A stretch of 32,000 bases of DNA, from contig NC_007484.1 of NCBI RefSeq assembly GCF_000012805.1, positions 1,590,001-1,622,000 of the forward strand, in the 5' to 3' direction. This DNA comes from Nitrosococcus oceani ATCC 19707. Its GTDB lineage: Bacteria > Pseudomonadota > Gammaproteobacteria > Nitrosococcales > Nitrosococcaceae. A program made the position numbers and the translations under genes. This document shows, one piece after another, positions 25,646 to 32,000 of the stretch. The notes beneath the pieces were generated by a model that saw nothing but the letters and a program-made list of their open reading frames with translations, was not told the origin of the DNA and did not search any database. Each line of letters starts with the position of its first letter. Positions within the stretch are counted from its first letter, which is position 1.

Positions 25646-28600
25646 TCATCGCGCGACCACCTGAGTCGTCACCGTCCGGGACTGCTGATCGCGCAGAAAT
25701 TCGATGGTTAAGGAATCGCCCGCTTTGAGGGCGCGTAGGACGCCGGCGAAGTCCGCCAGGGTGTCAATAGTCTTATCATTGAGCCGTATAATAATATCAT
25801 CTTTTTGCAGCCCCGCCGCCTCCGCGGGTGTATCGGGCGTAACCCCGGAGATCCGCACGCCTGTGCCGGTCCAGCCAAAATCCGGTATCGTGCCCAAGCC
25901 GACGCGACGGCCCTGACGGGATGAATCCTGAGCCTCTTCTCCCGGGGCTACTGATTGGCCGTGTAAAGGGTCAGGGCGGGAGGCTAGATACGCTACCGCC
26001 TCTTTTAGCACGGCAGCGATTTTGGTCAAGCCCGCAGAATCAATCTTATCAGGGGTGTCCGTGGGGCGATGGAAATCACCATGGGGTCCCGTGAAAAGCT
26101 GCACGGCGGGAATACCGGCGTTGAGGAAAGACGTTTGATCACTGGAGCCGATATCCTGGGCCACGGTTTGAATAGGGACGCCAGTGACAAAGCCCGCTCC
26201 CCGAAAAATATGCGCCCACTCCCGGGCTGAATCAGCGGCAAGCACCATGAGTTCGCCGTCATGAAGACGGCCCACCGCATCCAGGTTGATCATGGCCATG
26301 GTGGTTTTTGCAGGCGAGTCGCCCAAGCGCTGGACATAGTGGACCGAGCCCAGCTTGCCGGCTTCTTCCCCAGTAAAGGCGACCCACGCTACCGTGCGCT
26401 CGGGTTGCCATTGGGGTCCCAAAATCCGGGCTAGCTCCAGCATGACGGCAATGCCGCTGGCGTTATCGTCGGCTCCCGGATGAATTTTGCCTTCATCGCC
26501 CTGGTGTACATCGGGCCAGCCCCGGCCCAAATGGTCATAGTGGGCGCCCACGACTACCGGGGGGAGTTCCGGCCGGGCGCCAGGGGACAAACCCACCACG
26601 TTACGGAGGGTGATGGTTCGTTCCGGTTCGCCGGCCGTTGCGGTCCAGGTCTGATAGTAGCTTCCCTCGTCGCCGCCGGGTTTGAGTCCCGCCGCCTGGA
26701 ACTTATCGGCAATATACTGGGCCGCTTGGTCCAGCTCCGGCGTGCCCAGTCCCCGGCCCGCTAGCTTGGGATCAGCCAGATAAGCGATATCCTGCATCAT
26801 TCGCTGGGCTTTAAAGAGGGGAGGAAGTTCCGCCAGAGGCTTGCGCGGGGGCAGTTCCGCCTGGAGGGGAGGCGAATCTTCGGCCAGTAGAACCGACATG
26901 GGAGAGTTCACCACCGGCCACTGGCCCTTTAGGCTATTCTCCGGCTCGGCGCCGGTGAAACCCAAATAGCTGTATTTGCCGTAGTGGGGGAGTTTGCGGG
27001 CCAGCCCTGGCATGGCGGCCACGTTATCAGTGGCTATCCAGGCCAGAGCCTGATCGGGATTATTCCGCGGGCGAGTGACCACCACAGCCGAGTGTTGTTG
27101 CCGCTGGAGTTTGTTCTTTTCCAGGCTGAGGCCGTTTTTATCCGCCTGGTAAGCATAATCGCTCAGCGCCTCATTAAACTGGGAACGGAAGCGGTTTTCC
27201 CACCCGAACAGCCAGACAGCGCGATCCGTGGGTAGCGCGTCCAGCTCCGCATCGGTGGTGATTACCAAATTTTCCCGTCCCCGCTGCCAGCTTCGGGCCA
27301 TGGCGGCGTAGCCTTCCCGCACCGCTTGGGGGGCCTGGGAGGGCAGGACGGCCAGGGCCCGCTCAGCGCCAAAGGCTTGGCTAAGGGCCGGCGGTATTTC
27401 ATTGTGGTGGAGCCGCCGGAAGACATCAAATTGGGGATCTATCTCCAGCCGCAGGGGACGGGCCGGTAGCTGGAGCTTTAGGGAATGGGTTTTTTTCTCC
27501 ATGGAAAGGCGGGTTTGATAAACCTCCTCGGCGTCTTCCAGATAAATAACCAGAGGCAAGTCTAATTGATAAGGTTTGCCGGGCTGAAGCTGCTCGATAG
27601 TGGCTGTCAGTAGATAGCCCTCGTCGAGGGGTTGGGCGTGTGCTTCCCGGATTCTCAAAGAAGGCGCGCCCGTGCGCTCGGCCCATTGTTTAAAGAAAGC
27701 GCGCAGGGGTTGCTCACTTACTTGGTTGAAAGTTTCCGCGACTTCCTGGAAGCTGGTGACTTGGAACCGGTGCTGGCGGTAAAGGTGTTGCAGGCCCTGG
27801 ATAAACGCTGAATCACCCAATTGCTGGCGCAGCATGTGAAACAGCATCAGGGTTTTGCCGTAGCCCACAGCCTGGGTAGCGGCGCTGTGGCGGCTGCGGA
27901 ATTCGGTCAGGGGAAAATCCCGTCCTTCCCGCACATAATCAGCGTATTTTTGCAGTGTTTCCCGCCGGTATTGCGCTCCCTGGCCTTGCTGCTCCTTGAG
28001 CAGGTGGTCCGCCAGATAGCTGGTCAGCCCTTCGGCCCAGTTGCCGGAATCGTAATCCACATAGACTCCGTTACCCCACCAGTTATGAAGAATTTCATGG
28101 GGATAGGAGGAGCGGAGAATAAAGGGAAAGCGGATGACCCGGGACCCCAGCAGGGTAAAGGAGGGCATCCCGTAGCCCGTCTCCCAGAAATTCTCCACCA
28201 GGGCGAATTTTTGGTAAGGATAAGGGCCAATCAATTGGCGGTACATCTCGATATATTGGGCAGTAGCATCGAGATACTTGCGGGCCAGGGCGGGATCGGG
28301 CTGGCGCAAAAACGCCAGGGTTTCCACCTGACCGGCTTGTTCCCGGTATGGGGTAAAGGAACCTGCTATGAGATAGATTTCTTCCTGGGGGTGATCCATG
28401 GTCCAGGTTTCCTCGGTGCTTCCCTCCTGTTCAGGGGGGGAGGAGCGCTTCCCCTGGCTGACCGAGTGCCATCCTGCCGGAAGCTGGGTGGTTAAGGAAA
28501 AAGTCACCATGCCCTCGCCAAAATGGGGATACCAGTAACTGGGACCGGCCAAGAAAACCCCTTCGGGGGCAATGAGGCCCGGCGAGGCGCTAAAGCTGCG

Positions 28601-28957
28601 GGCATATTCCTCGCTGATGGGGGCAATAGGATGAAAGATTTCACCGCTGTACTCCAAGGTGAACTGGCGGACTCCCGGGGGAAGATCGACCGCATAGTCC
28701 TCGGTAAATTGGGTTTTTCTCACTCGCCGAAGCCGTACCTCTGGGTTGTTGGCTTGAGGCTGGAGGCCCGAGTGAAGGCGGAAAGTTACCGGAGAGGATA
28801 TCTCCTTCGGCAGGGTAAGGGTATCTACCGCCGTGAGACGATGACTGTCCGGGTCCAAGTTAATATGCAGTTGATGGTGAATTTGGGCGCTTGCGGTCCC
28901 TGAGGCCAGCACTACCAACCCAAAAACGAGGAAAGATAATATTTTTTGCCGGTACAT
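25646..28957 (-). CDS. Secreted tri-domain peptidase: M1-family gluzincin domain + M28 aminopeptidase domain + C-terminal PDZ
   Basis: The start is set at ATG 28957 (MYRQKILSFLVFGLVVLASGTASA, a signal peptide). The tracked extension to 29056 runs through AT-rich non-coding-looking DNA. M1 domain: HEILHNWWGNGV...NWAEGLTSYL (HExxH plus distal E). M28 domain: HYDHLG, GADDNASGIAVMLELAR, FTGEEAGKLGS, NLDAVG. PDZ domain: GVRISGVTPDTPAEAAGLQKDDIIIRLNDKTI. Confidence 0.85.
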   Translation of the reverse strand: MYRQKILSFLVFGLVVLASGTASAQIHHQLHINLDPDSHRLTAVDTLTLPKEISSPVTFRLHSGLQPQANNPEVRLRRVRKTQFTEDYAVDLPPGVRQFTLEYSGEIFHPIAPISEEYARSFSASPGLIAPEGVFLAGPSYWYPHFGEGMVTFSLTTQLPAGWHSVSQGKRSSPPEQEGSTEETWTMDHPQEEIYLIAGSFTPYREQAGQVETLAFLRQPDPALARKYLDATAQYIEMYRQLIGPYPYQKFALVENFWETGYGMPSFTLLGSRVIRFPFILRSSYPHEILHNWWGNGVYVDYDSGNWAEGLTSYLADHLLKEQQGQGAQYRRETLQKYADYVREGRDFPLTEFRSRHSAATQAVGYGKTLMLFHMLRQQLGDSAFIQGLQHLYRQHRFQVTSFQEVAETFNQVSEQPLRAFFKQWAERTGAPSLRIREAHAQPLDEGYLLTATIEQLQPGKPYQLDLPLVIYLEDAEEVYQTRLSMEKKTHSLKLQLPARPLRLEIDPQFDVFRRLHHNEIPPALSQAFGAERALAVLPSQAPQAVREGYAAMARSWQRGRENLVITTDAELDALPTDRAVWLFGWENRFRSQFNEALSDYAYQADKNGLSLEKNKLQRQQHSAVVVTRPRNNPDQALAWIATDNVAAMPGLARKLPHYGKYSYLGFTGAEPENSLKGQWPVVNSPMSVLLAEDSPPLQAELPPRKPLAELPPLFKAQRMMQDIAYLADPKLAGRGLGTPELDQAAQYIADKFQAAGLKPGGDEGSYYQTWTATAGEPERTITLRNVVGLSPGARPELPPVVVGAHYDHLGRGWPDVHQGDEGKIHPGADDNASGIAVMLELARILGPQWQPERTVAWVAFTGEEAGKLGSVHYVQRLGDSPAKTTMAMINLDAVGRLHDGELMVLAADSAREWAHIFRGAGFVTGVPIQTVAQDIGSSDQTSFLNAGIPAVQLFTGPHGDFHRPTDTPDKIDSAGLTKIAAVLKEAVAYLASRPDPLHGQSVAPGEEAQDSSRQGRRVGLGTIPDFGWTGTGVRISGVTPDTPAEAAGLQKDDIIIRLNDKTIDTLADFAGVLRALKAGDSLTIEFLRDQQSRTVTTQVVAR

Positions 28958-28994
28958 AGAATTTGTATAAATTTTTGAAGGTATAAATAAATAT

Positions 28995-29594
28995 CTATTT
29001 AAGTTGGAGTTCGCGGCTAAGCCTCCCTTGGCTGTTCCCGACCTGCCTGCGTGCATCGCACAGCAGGCAGCCGCGCTCGCCTTGCTGCCATTCGCGTTTC
29101 GATGGTATACCTTGCACTTTTCCCCGCAAGCCTTCCCGCTCCGCCAGTGACGCCATCACCTGAAGGCTGTCGCCCAAAATCATCCGGTTGGACCAGCGGG
29201 CCTCATGCCGGTAAAACTCGGTTTTTGCCGCCTCATCCGGCAGGCCATTAAAGTCGGCAAACAGATCAAACTGCTGCTCCCTATCCGCTGACCGCCCGCC
29301 ACCCGCTACTGGCTGCCGACGCAAGTCGTCAATCAACGCTTTGGGGTGGACTTTTTCCTGAATATAAAGGGGCGGCGCGTGAACAACGAGATCAGACCAG
29401 TCCTGCTCATCCTTGCCGCGCCAGACTAATTGCGGATCAAGATCCCGGTTGCGCCGTTCGTAGGCCACGGGAATCGCGCTTTTGTCTTTGTCGTGGAGTA
29501 TGGCTTCATATTCCGCTGTGGGGATATTTACCCGAGCAGCATCGTCATGGGTTAAGGTTTCGACTCGTTTGGGATAGCTTTTCCGTTTGGCCAC
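28995..29594 (-). pseudogene. 5' remnant of a site-specific DNA methyltransferase (Type III-like Mod / N6-N4 beta-class), truncated before the DPPY catalytic motif
   Basis: The GTG 29594 start lies 3 nt after the vapC stop. Residues 1-160 look like the N-terminus of Mod-type methylases (RVETLTHDDAARVNIPTAEYE..., DPQLVWRGKDEQDW, WSNRMILGDSLQVMASL...GKVQ). Where family members continue with .IYIDPPY, the ORF instead reads GIPSKREWQQGERG... and stops after 39 unrelated codons. The homology break is at about 29112. Confidence 0.6.
29043..29070. other. Stable hairpin at the junction between the mod remnant and the peptidase promoter region
   Basis: ctgcctgcgtgc (29043-29054), loop atc, gcacagcaggcag (29058-29070). 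This is a 12-bp stem with one bulge. No U-tract on either strand. Confidence 0.3.
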
Positions 29595-29597
29595 AGT

Positions 29598-30020
29598 TTA
29601 TTCCATAAACGGATTTTTGATGGTGAGTTGTTCAATTCGCTGCCCCTGTTGCAAGTCTTCGCTATACAGTGTTTTGCAACCAGCTTCCAGCGCGGCGGCG
29701 ATAATCAGAGAATCGTAAAAGCTGTATTGGTAGCGGGACTGGATGTTCAGACCTCGTCGGTAGAGTTCACGGCTTGGGTTAACCTTCCACAGTGGGACTA
29801 GGGTTCCAGTTAAAAACGTATCCGCCTGTTCAGGAGTTACCGGTACCAACAGCTTTTTTGTAATGACGTTCAAGGTTTCCTGCACCACCTGAAAACTGAT
29901 AATTGATTCACCCGTTCTCAGCGCTTGGGATACCCTTTCTTGGGCAATGTCACTTTTGCGTTGATTTTCCTCGTCAAATAGATAAACCAGAACATTGGTA
30001 TCGAGAAAACTAGCGCTCAT
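29598..30020 (-). CDS. vapC: PIN-domain toxin (VapC family)
   Basis: 140 aa with N-terminal FLDTNVLVY (first acidic residue), later SFYDSLIIAAAL, and acidic residues spaced as in PIN domains. An 11-nt overlap with the upstream antitoxin ORF is a typical TA arrangement. Confidence 0.85.
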   Translation of the reverse strand: MSASFLDTNVLVYLFDEENQRKSDIAQERVSQALRTGESIISFQVVQETLNVITKKLLVPVTPEQADTFLTGTLVPLWKVNPSRELYRRGLNIQSRYQYSFYDSLIIAAALEAGCKTLYSEDLQQGQRIEQLTIKNPFME

Positions 30021-30234
30021 TCATCTCATCCCGACTGAATTTACGGCCACCGGTACGCACGTGTTTTCTCAACTCCCTGATGAAGGCCATCGCTTCATCT
30101 GCCTGCTGCTGGCGCTGAACATAGTCTTCCAGCCATTCCCGGAATTTGGCATTCAAGGTGGTATGCTCGCTAGCAGCCCGTTGACGGGCGGCTTCAATCA
30201 GGTGTTCGTCAGCGCTCAAAGTGATGTTTTTCAT
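30010..30234 (-). CDS. vapB: VapB-type antitoxin (small DNA-binding protein)
   Basis: A 74-aa ORF overlapping vapC. It has a charged C-terminal tail and a palindromic operator in its promoter. Confidence 0.7.
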   Translation of the reverse strand: MKNITLSADEHLIEAARQRAASEHTTLNAKFREWLEDYVQRQQQADEAMAFIRELRKHVRTGGRKFSRDEMNER

Positions 30235-30263
30235 ACAATCTCGCCTCTCGTCGAAAATTATGT

Positions 30264-30282
30264 GTACACTATCATAGTGTAC
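30264..30282. promoter_or_regulatory. Perfect palindrome GTACACTAT-c-ATAGTGTAC; candidate VapB/VapBC operator overlapping the vapBC promoter
   Basis: 9-bp perfect arms 30-48 nt upstream of the vapB ATG (30234). On the minus strand it abuts a CATAAT -10-like hexamer. Confidence 0.55.
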
Positions 30283-30309
30283 TTTGATTGGACTGGGAGC
30301 AGCTTTTCT

Positions 30310-30653
30310 TTATTGGCGGCTACCTGTCGCATGTTCAATCATCTCGTTAAACGCTCCTTCGACCTTTTTGGCAAAGTCATGTTGCATGTCGAAGACATCC
30401 CCGAATTCCGCGAAGGCCCATCGCCCGTAGCTTTTTAGACTGTTCACGCCCGGAATCCAGTAGGTATCCATGGCGAGTTTTTTTCTTTAGCATCTTCCCG
30501 GCGATAACCTTTAATTTCCACAATCAGATTCAATGGATTATCCTGGCTATCATCGATCTGGACAAGGAAGTCCGGGCGGTATTTCCGCGTTTCGGAACCA
30601 TAGTGATAGGGTGCTTTCAAACCCAGACTGTGATTAAGGTGGTCACACCGACG
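30310..30653 (-). pseudogene. C-terminal remnant of a Type III-like restriction enzyme Res subunit (PD-(D/E)xK nuclease end), frameshifted in an A7/T7 tract
   Basis: Minus-strand translation gives HSLGLKAPYHYGSETRKYRPDFLVQIDDSQDNPLNLIVEIKGYRREDAKEK. After a 1-nt shift inside the T7 run (30478-30484) it continues LAMDTYWIPGVNSLKSYGRWAFAEFGDVFDMQHDFAKKVEGAFNEMIEHATGSRQ*. An in-frame TAG at 30654-56 means the helicase body is absent. The RPDF...VEIKG motif and the W.PGVN...YGRWAF tail are typical of Res C-termini. Confidence 0.6.
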
Positions 30654-30751
30654 CTAAGTATTGCCGCGCTTTGGCACAGCTCGTCATCTGTTTGCAGTAC
30701 TGCTTAGGCCCACACCTGGAGGCCGCCTTGCTTGGCCCGTGTGCGTTTGCT

Positions 30752-31204
30752 TCATCTCCACTCCCATGGTGGTAGCTGTTGGGCCTCTGGTAGCACCCAT
30801 AAACCCCGTTTGGCGGCTCTGGCTTCCTGCTCTACCCCAAATAGGGACTTATCCCGCAAATAGGCCATATAGACCCATGCCGCACCTTGGCGGACCATTT
30901 CCCGGTTAATATTCACGCCATCAACAAACACATGGCCCACAGTGCGCCCGCAGCGGTCAACGTTCTCTACCACGACTCGCGCTTGCTTCCCAAACGCCAA
31001 GCTAGAGAGAGCTTGCCGCGCTCGGTTGCTGTAGGGCTGGCGTTTTTCGGGGGTGTCGATTTCAGCCAAGCGGACTTTCACTTGCAGGTTACCGGCAGCT
31101 AGAAGTTTGAGGGTGTGGCCATCTGATATCCCCACCACGCGCCCGGTATAGTCGGCGCTTGCCGCCAGGGGGAGAAGAAAGAATAAGAGAATTAGTTTAT
31201 TCAT
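30752..31204 (-). CDS. Secreted thermonuclease (staphylococcal-nuclease/SNase-like) family protein
   Basis: Signal peptide MNKLILLFFLLPLAASA. SNase core: DGHTLKL...VRLAEIDTPEKRQPY...RCGRTVGHVFVDGVNINREMVRQGAAWVY...EARAAKRGLW. AAGGAG lies 7 nt upstream of the ATG. Confidence 0.85.
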   Translation of the reverse strand: MNKLILLFFLLPLAASADYTGRVVGISDGHTLKLLAAGNLQVKVRLAEIDTPEKRQPYSNRARQALSSLAFGKQARVVVENVDRCGRTVGHVFVDGVNINREMVRQGAAWVYMAYLRDKSLFGVEQEARAAKRGLWVLPEAQQLPPWEWR

Positions 31205-31225
31205 GTTTTACAGCTCCTTGGGGGA

Positions 31226-31287
31226 AAAGGGCAAAAATCGCCCTTTCAGACAAAAGAACCCCCCGCCAGGGGTACCCGTAGCGGGGG
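31226..31287 (-). terminator. Two tandem hairpins between the 52-codon ORF and the nuclease gene
   Basis: cccccgc (31260-66) pairs with gcggggg (31281-87) around a 14-nt loop. aaagggc (31226-32) pairs with gcccttt (31240-46). On the minus strand the second stem runs into TTTT. Confidence 0.3.
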
Positions 31288-31297
31288 TGGTGGGCGG

Positions 31298-31456
31298 CTA
31301 GCGGCCTCTTTGCGCTAGCTCCAATTCACTACGAACATAAGCCGTCCTCTTAAAAGTCTTGGCGAACCGCTCGACAGCTTCCCGGCTTCTAAACCGGCCA
31401 AGCTCTTCTCTGCCACTCTGGTAGGCTGTGTTGGTTCCGAATACGTAATAAATCAT
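31298..31456 (-). CDS. Small hypothetical ORF (52 aa), low confidence
   Basis: MIYYVFGTNTAYQSGREELGRFRSREAVERFAKTFKRTAYVRSELELAQRGR. It is followed by the hairpins above. It is preceded by a 19-codon ORF (31524-31465) that has a strong AGGAG RBS. No family recognised. Confidence 0.25.
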   Translation of the reverse strand: MIYYVFGTNTAYQSGREELGRFRSREAVERFAKTFKRTAYVRSELELAQRGR

Positions 31457-31787
31457 GATTTAGCTTTCCGCGATTACCACGGCGGGCAATAAATACTTTG
31501 CCAGCGATTAAAGAGTAAAATTCGATCAGCCATAATTGACTCCTGGTTAGTCAGTTTTTGGCTAGGCTCTAGCTGGTATTTGCGGTACTGGCTAGGGGTG
31601 TTTTTGCTGCTCACTCAGCAAGTATTTAAGGGTATCCGGATCTAGTGTGTAACGCCACGCATTCCTCAGCGTGACAACGATCCAGTAAACCGGAACTAGG
31701 TGTGTATATTCTCTGGTTCATCTAAACCTATCAGAGTTCACACCCAAGTCGAAGGTACGACGAATGATCGGTACAAGGAGCTGACAC

Positions 31788-32000
31788 ATGGCCATCAGTC
31801 AGGCACGCATTATCGAATCACTGGAGCAGGCTTGCTCCAACCTCAATCCTGATGAGTTCATTTTTTCCTTCCTCGATGCGTATGGCTTTCCCAAGAGCAC
31901 CATTACCCGGCTGCGCAAGGGTGGTGACAGCCGCAACGTGGCGGAAGGTGATGACATTGGTCTGAAGAAAAAGCTCTACTTCCGTGCTGTCTCAAAGGGT
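31788..32000 (+). CDS. 5' end (71 codons) of an unidentified protein that continues past the right edge; probably the first gene of another defence/R-M-type module
   Basis: ATG 31788 is preceded by AAGGAG with 7-nt spacing. The frame stays open to the window end: MAISQARIIESLEQACSNLNPDEFIFSFLDAYGFPKSTITRLRKGGDSRNVAEGDDIGLKKKLYFRAVSKG. It is absent from the ORF track because no stop is present. Confidence 0.6.
   Translation, partial: MAISQARIIESLEQACSNLNPDEFIFSFLDAYGFPKSTITRLRKGGDSRNVAEGDDIGLKKKLYFRAVSKG

Noticed and set aside
27821-28495. 224-aa plus-strand ORF, and other ORFs antisense to the large peptidase gene
   Set aside because: They lie entirely within the M1 domain coding region of the opposite strand. 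Their translations are Gly/Pro/Leu-rich shadows without motifs.
28958-29056. Tracked N-terminal extension of the peptidase ORF (MHAGRSGTAKGG...IYTNS)
   Set aside because: The extension crosses AT-rich promoter-like DNA and overlaps the tail of the mod remnant. The internal ATG 28957 yields a proper signal peptide.
29995-30438. 147-aa plus-strand ORF
   Set aside because: It is antisense to vapB, the vapBC promoter and the res remnant, each of which has better support.
30661-31102. Plus-strand ORFs 30661-30909 and 30887-31102
   Set aside because: They are antisense to the SNase-like nuclease gene, which has a signal peptide, an RBS and family motifs.
1-32000. Search for tRNA/rRNA genes, CRISPR repeats, IS elements or transposases, integrases and att-like direct repeats
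   Set aside because: No cloverleaf-like T-arm motifs outside coding sequence, no regularly spaced repeats, no transposase- or integrase-like ORFs, and only trivial (8-mer) repeats flanking the 29-32 kb island. The island is inferred from gene content and decay, not from mobility genes.

Overview
The window reads as a chromosomal segment of roughly 50% GC by eye (not computed), with proteobacterial-style genes. I cannot assign a taxon. No rRNA, tRNA, CRISPR array, transposase or integrase was found.

Layout, left to right:
1. 1-3587, minus strand: an amino-acid dehydrogenase (Leu/Phe/Val type) followed by 2-oxoacid dehydrogenase E1-alpha, E1-beta and the start of E2. This looks like a branched-chain keto-acid dehydrogenase (BCKDH) operon.
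2. 3919-7709, plus strand and divergent from (1): a complete homogentisate pathway, hppD-hmgA-fahA-maiA. The conserved N-terminus of maiA has no canonical start codon.
3. 7838-9371: a heme-oxygenase-like (PqqC/CADD/TenA-fold) putative di-iron protein and a hotdog thioesterase appended to that operon.
4. 9.5-13.3 kb: small membrane proteins, including an untracked 52-aa Pmp3/YqaE proteolipid gene, and ppsA.
5. 13.3-16.5 kb: an AT-rich, ORF-poor stretch with apparent gene remnants flanking a DUF2231 protein and an alpha/beta hydrolase.
6. 16.5-24.1 kb: an AI-2E transporter, an orphan 461-aa protein, a yqjD-yqjE-yqjK-like module, a DAG-kinase-family lipid kinase, a visibly GC-rich CynX-type MFS transporter and a secreted YVTN beta-propeller.
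7. 24.5-29.0 kb: a secreted M1+M28+PDZ tri-domain peptidase followed by a TolB-like PD40 protein.
8. 29.0-32.0 kb: a decayed defence island. It holds a 5' remnant of a DNA methyltransferase (mod), an intact vapBC, a frameshifted C-terminal remnant of a Type III-like Res nuclease, a secreted SNase-like nuclease, small ORFs, and a strongly signalled new ORF that leaves the window.

The best candidates for something new are the defence-island edge (29.0-32.0 kb), the di-iron-like protein plus thioesterase pair, and the orphan 461-aa protein. All family assignments come from reading motifs in the translations. No database search was possible.
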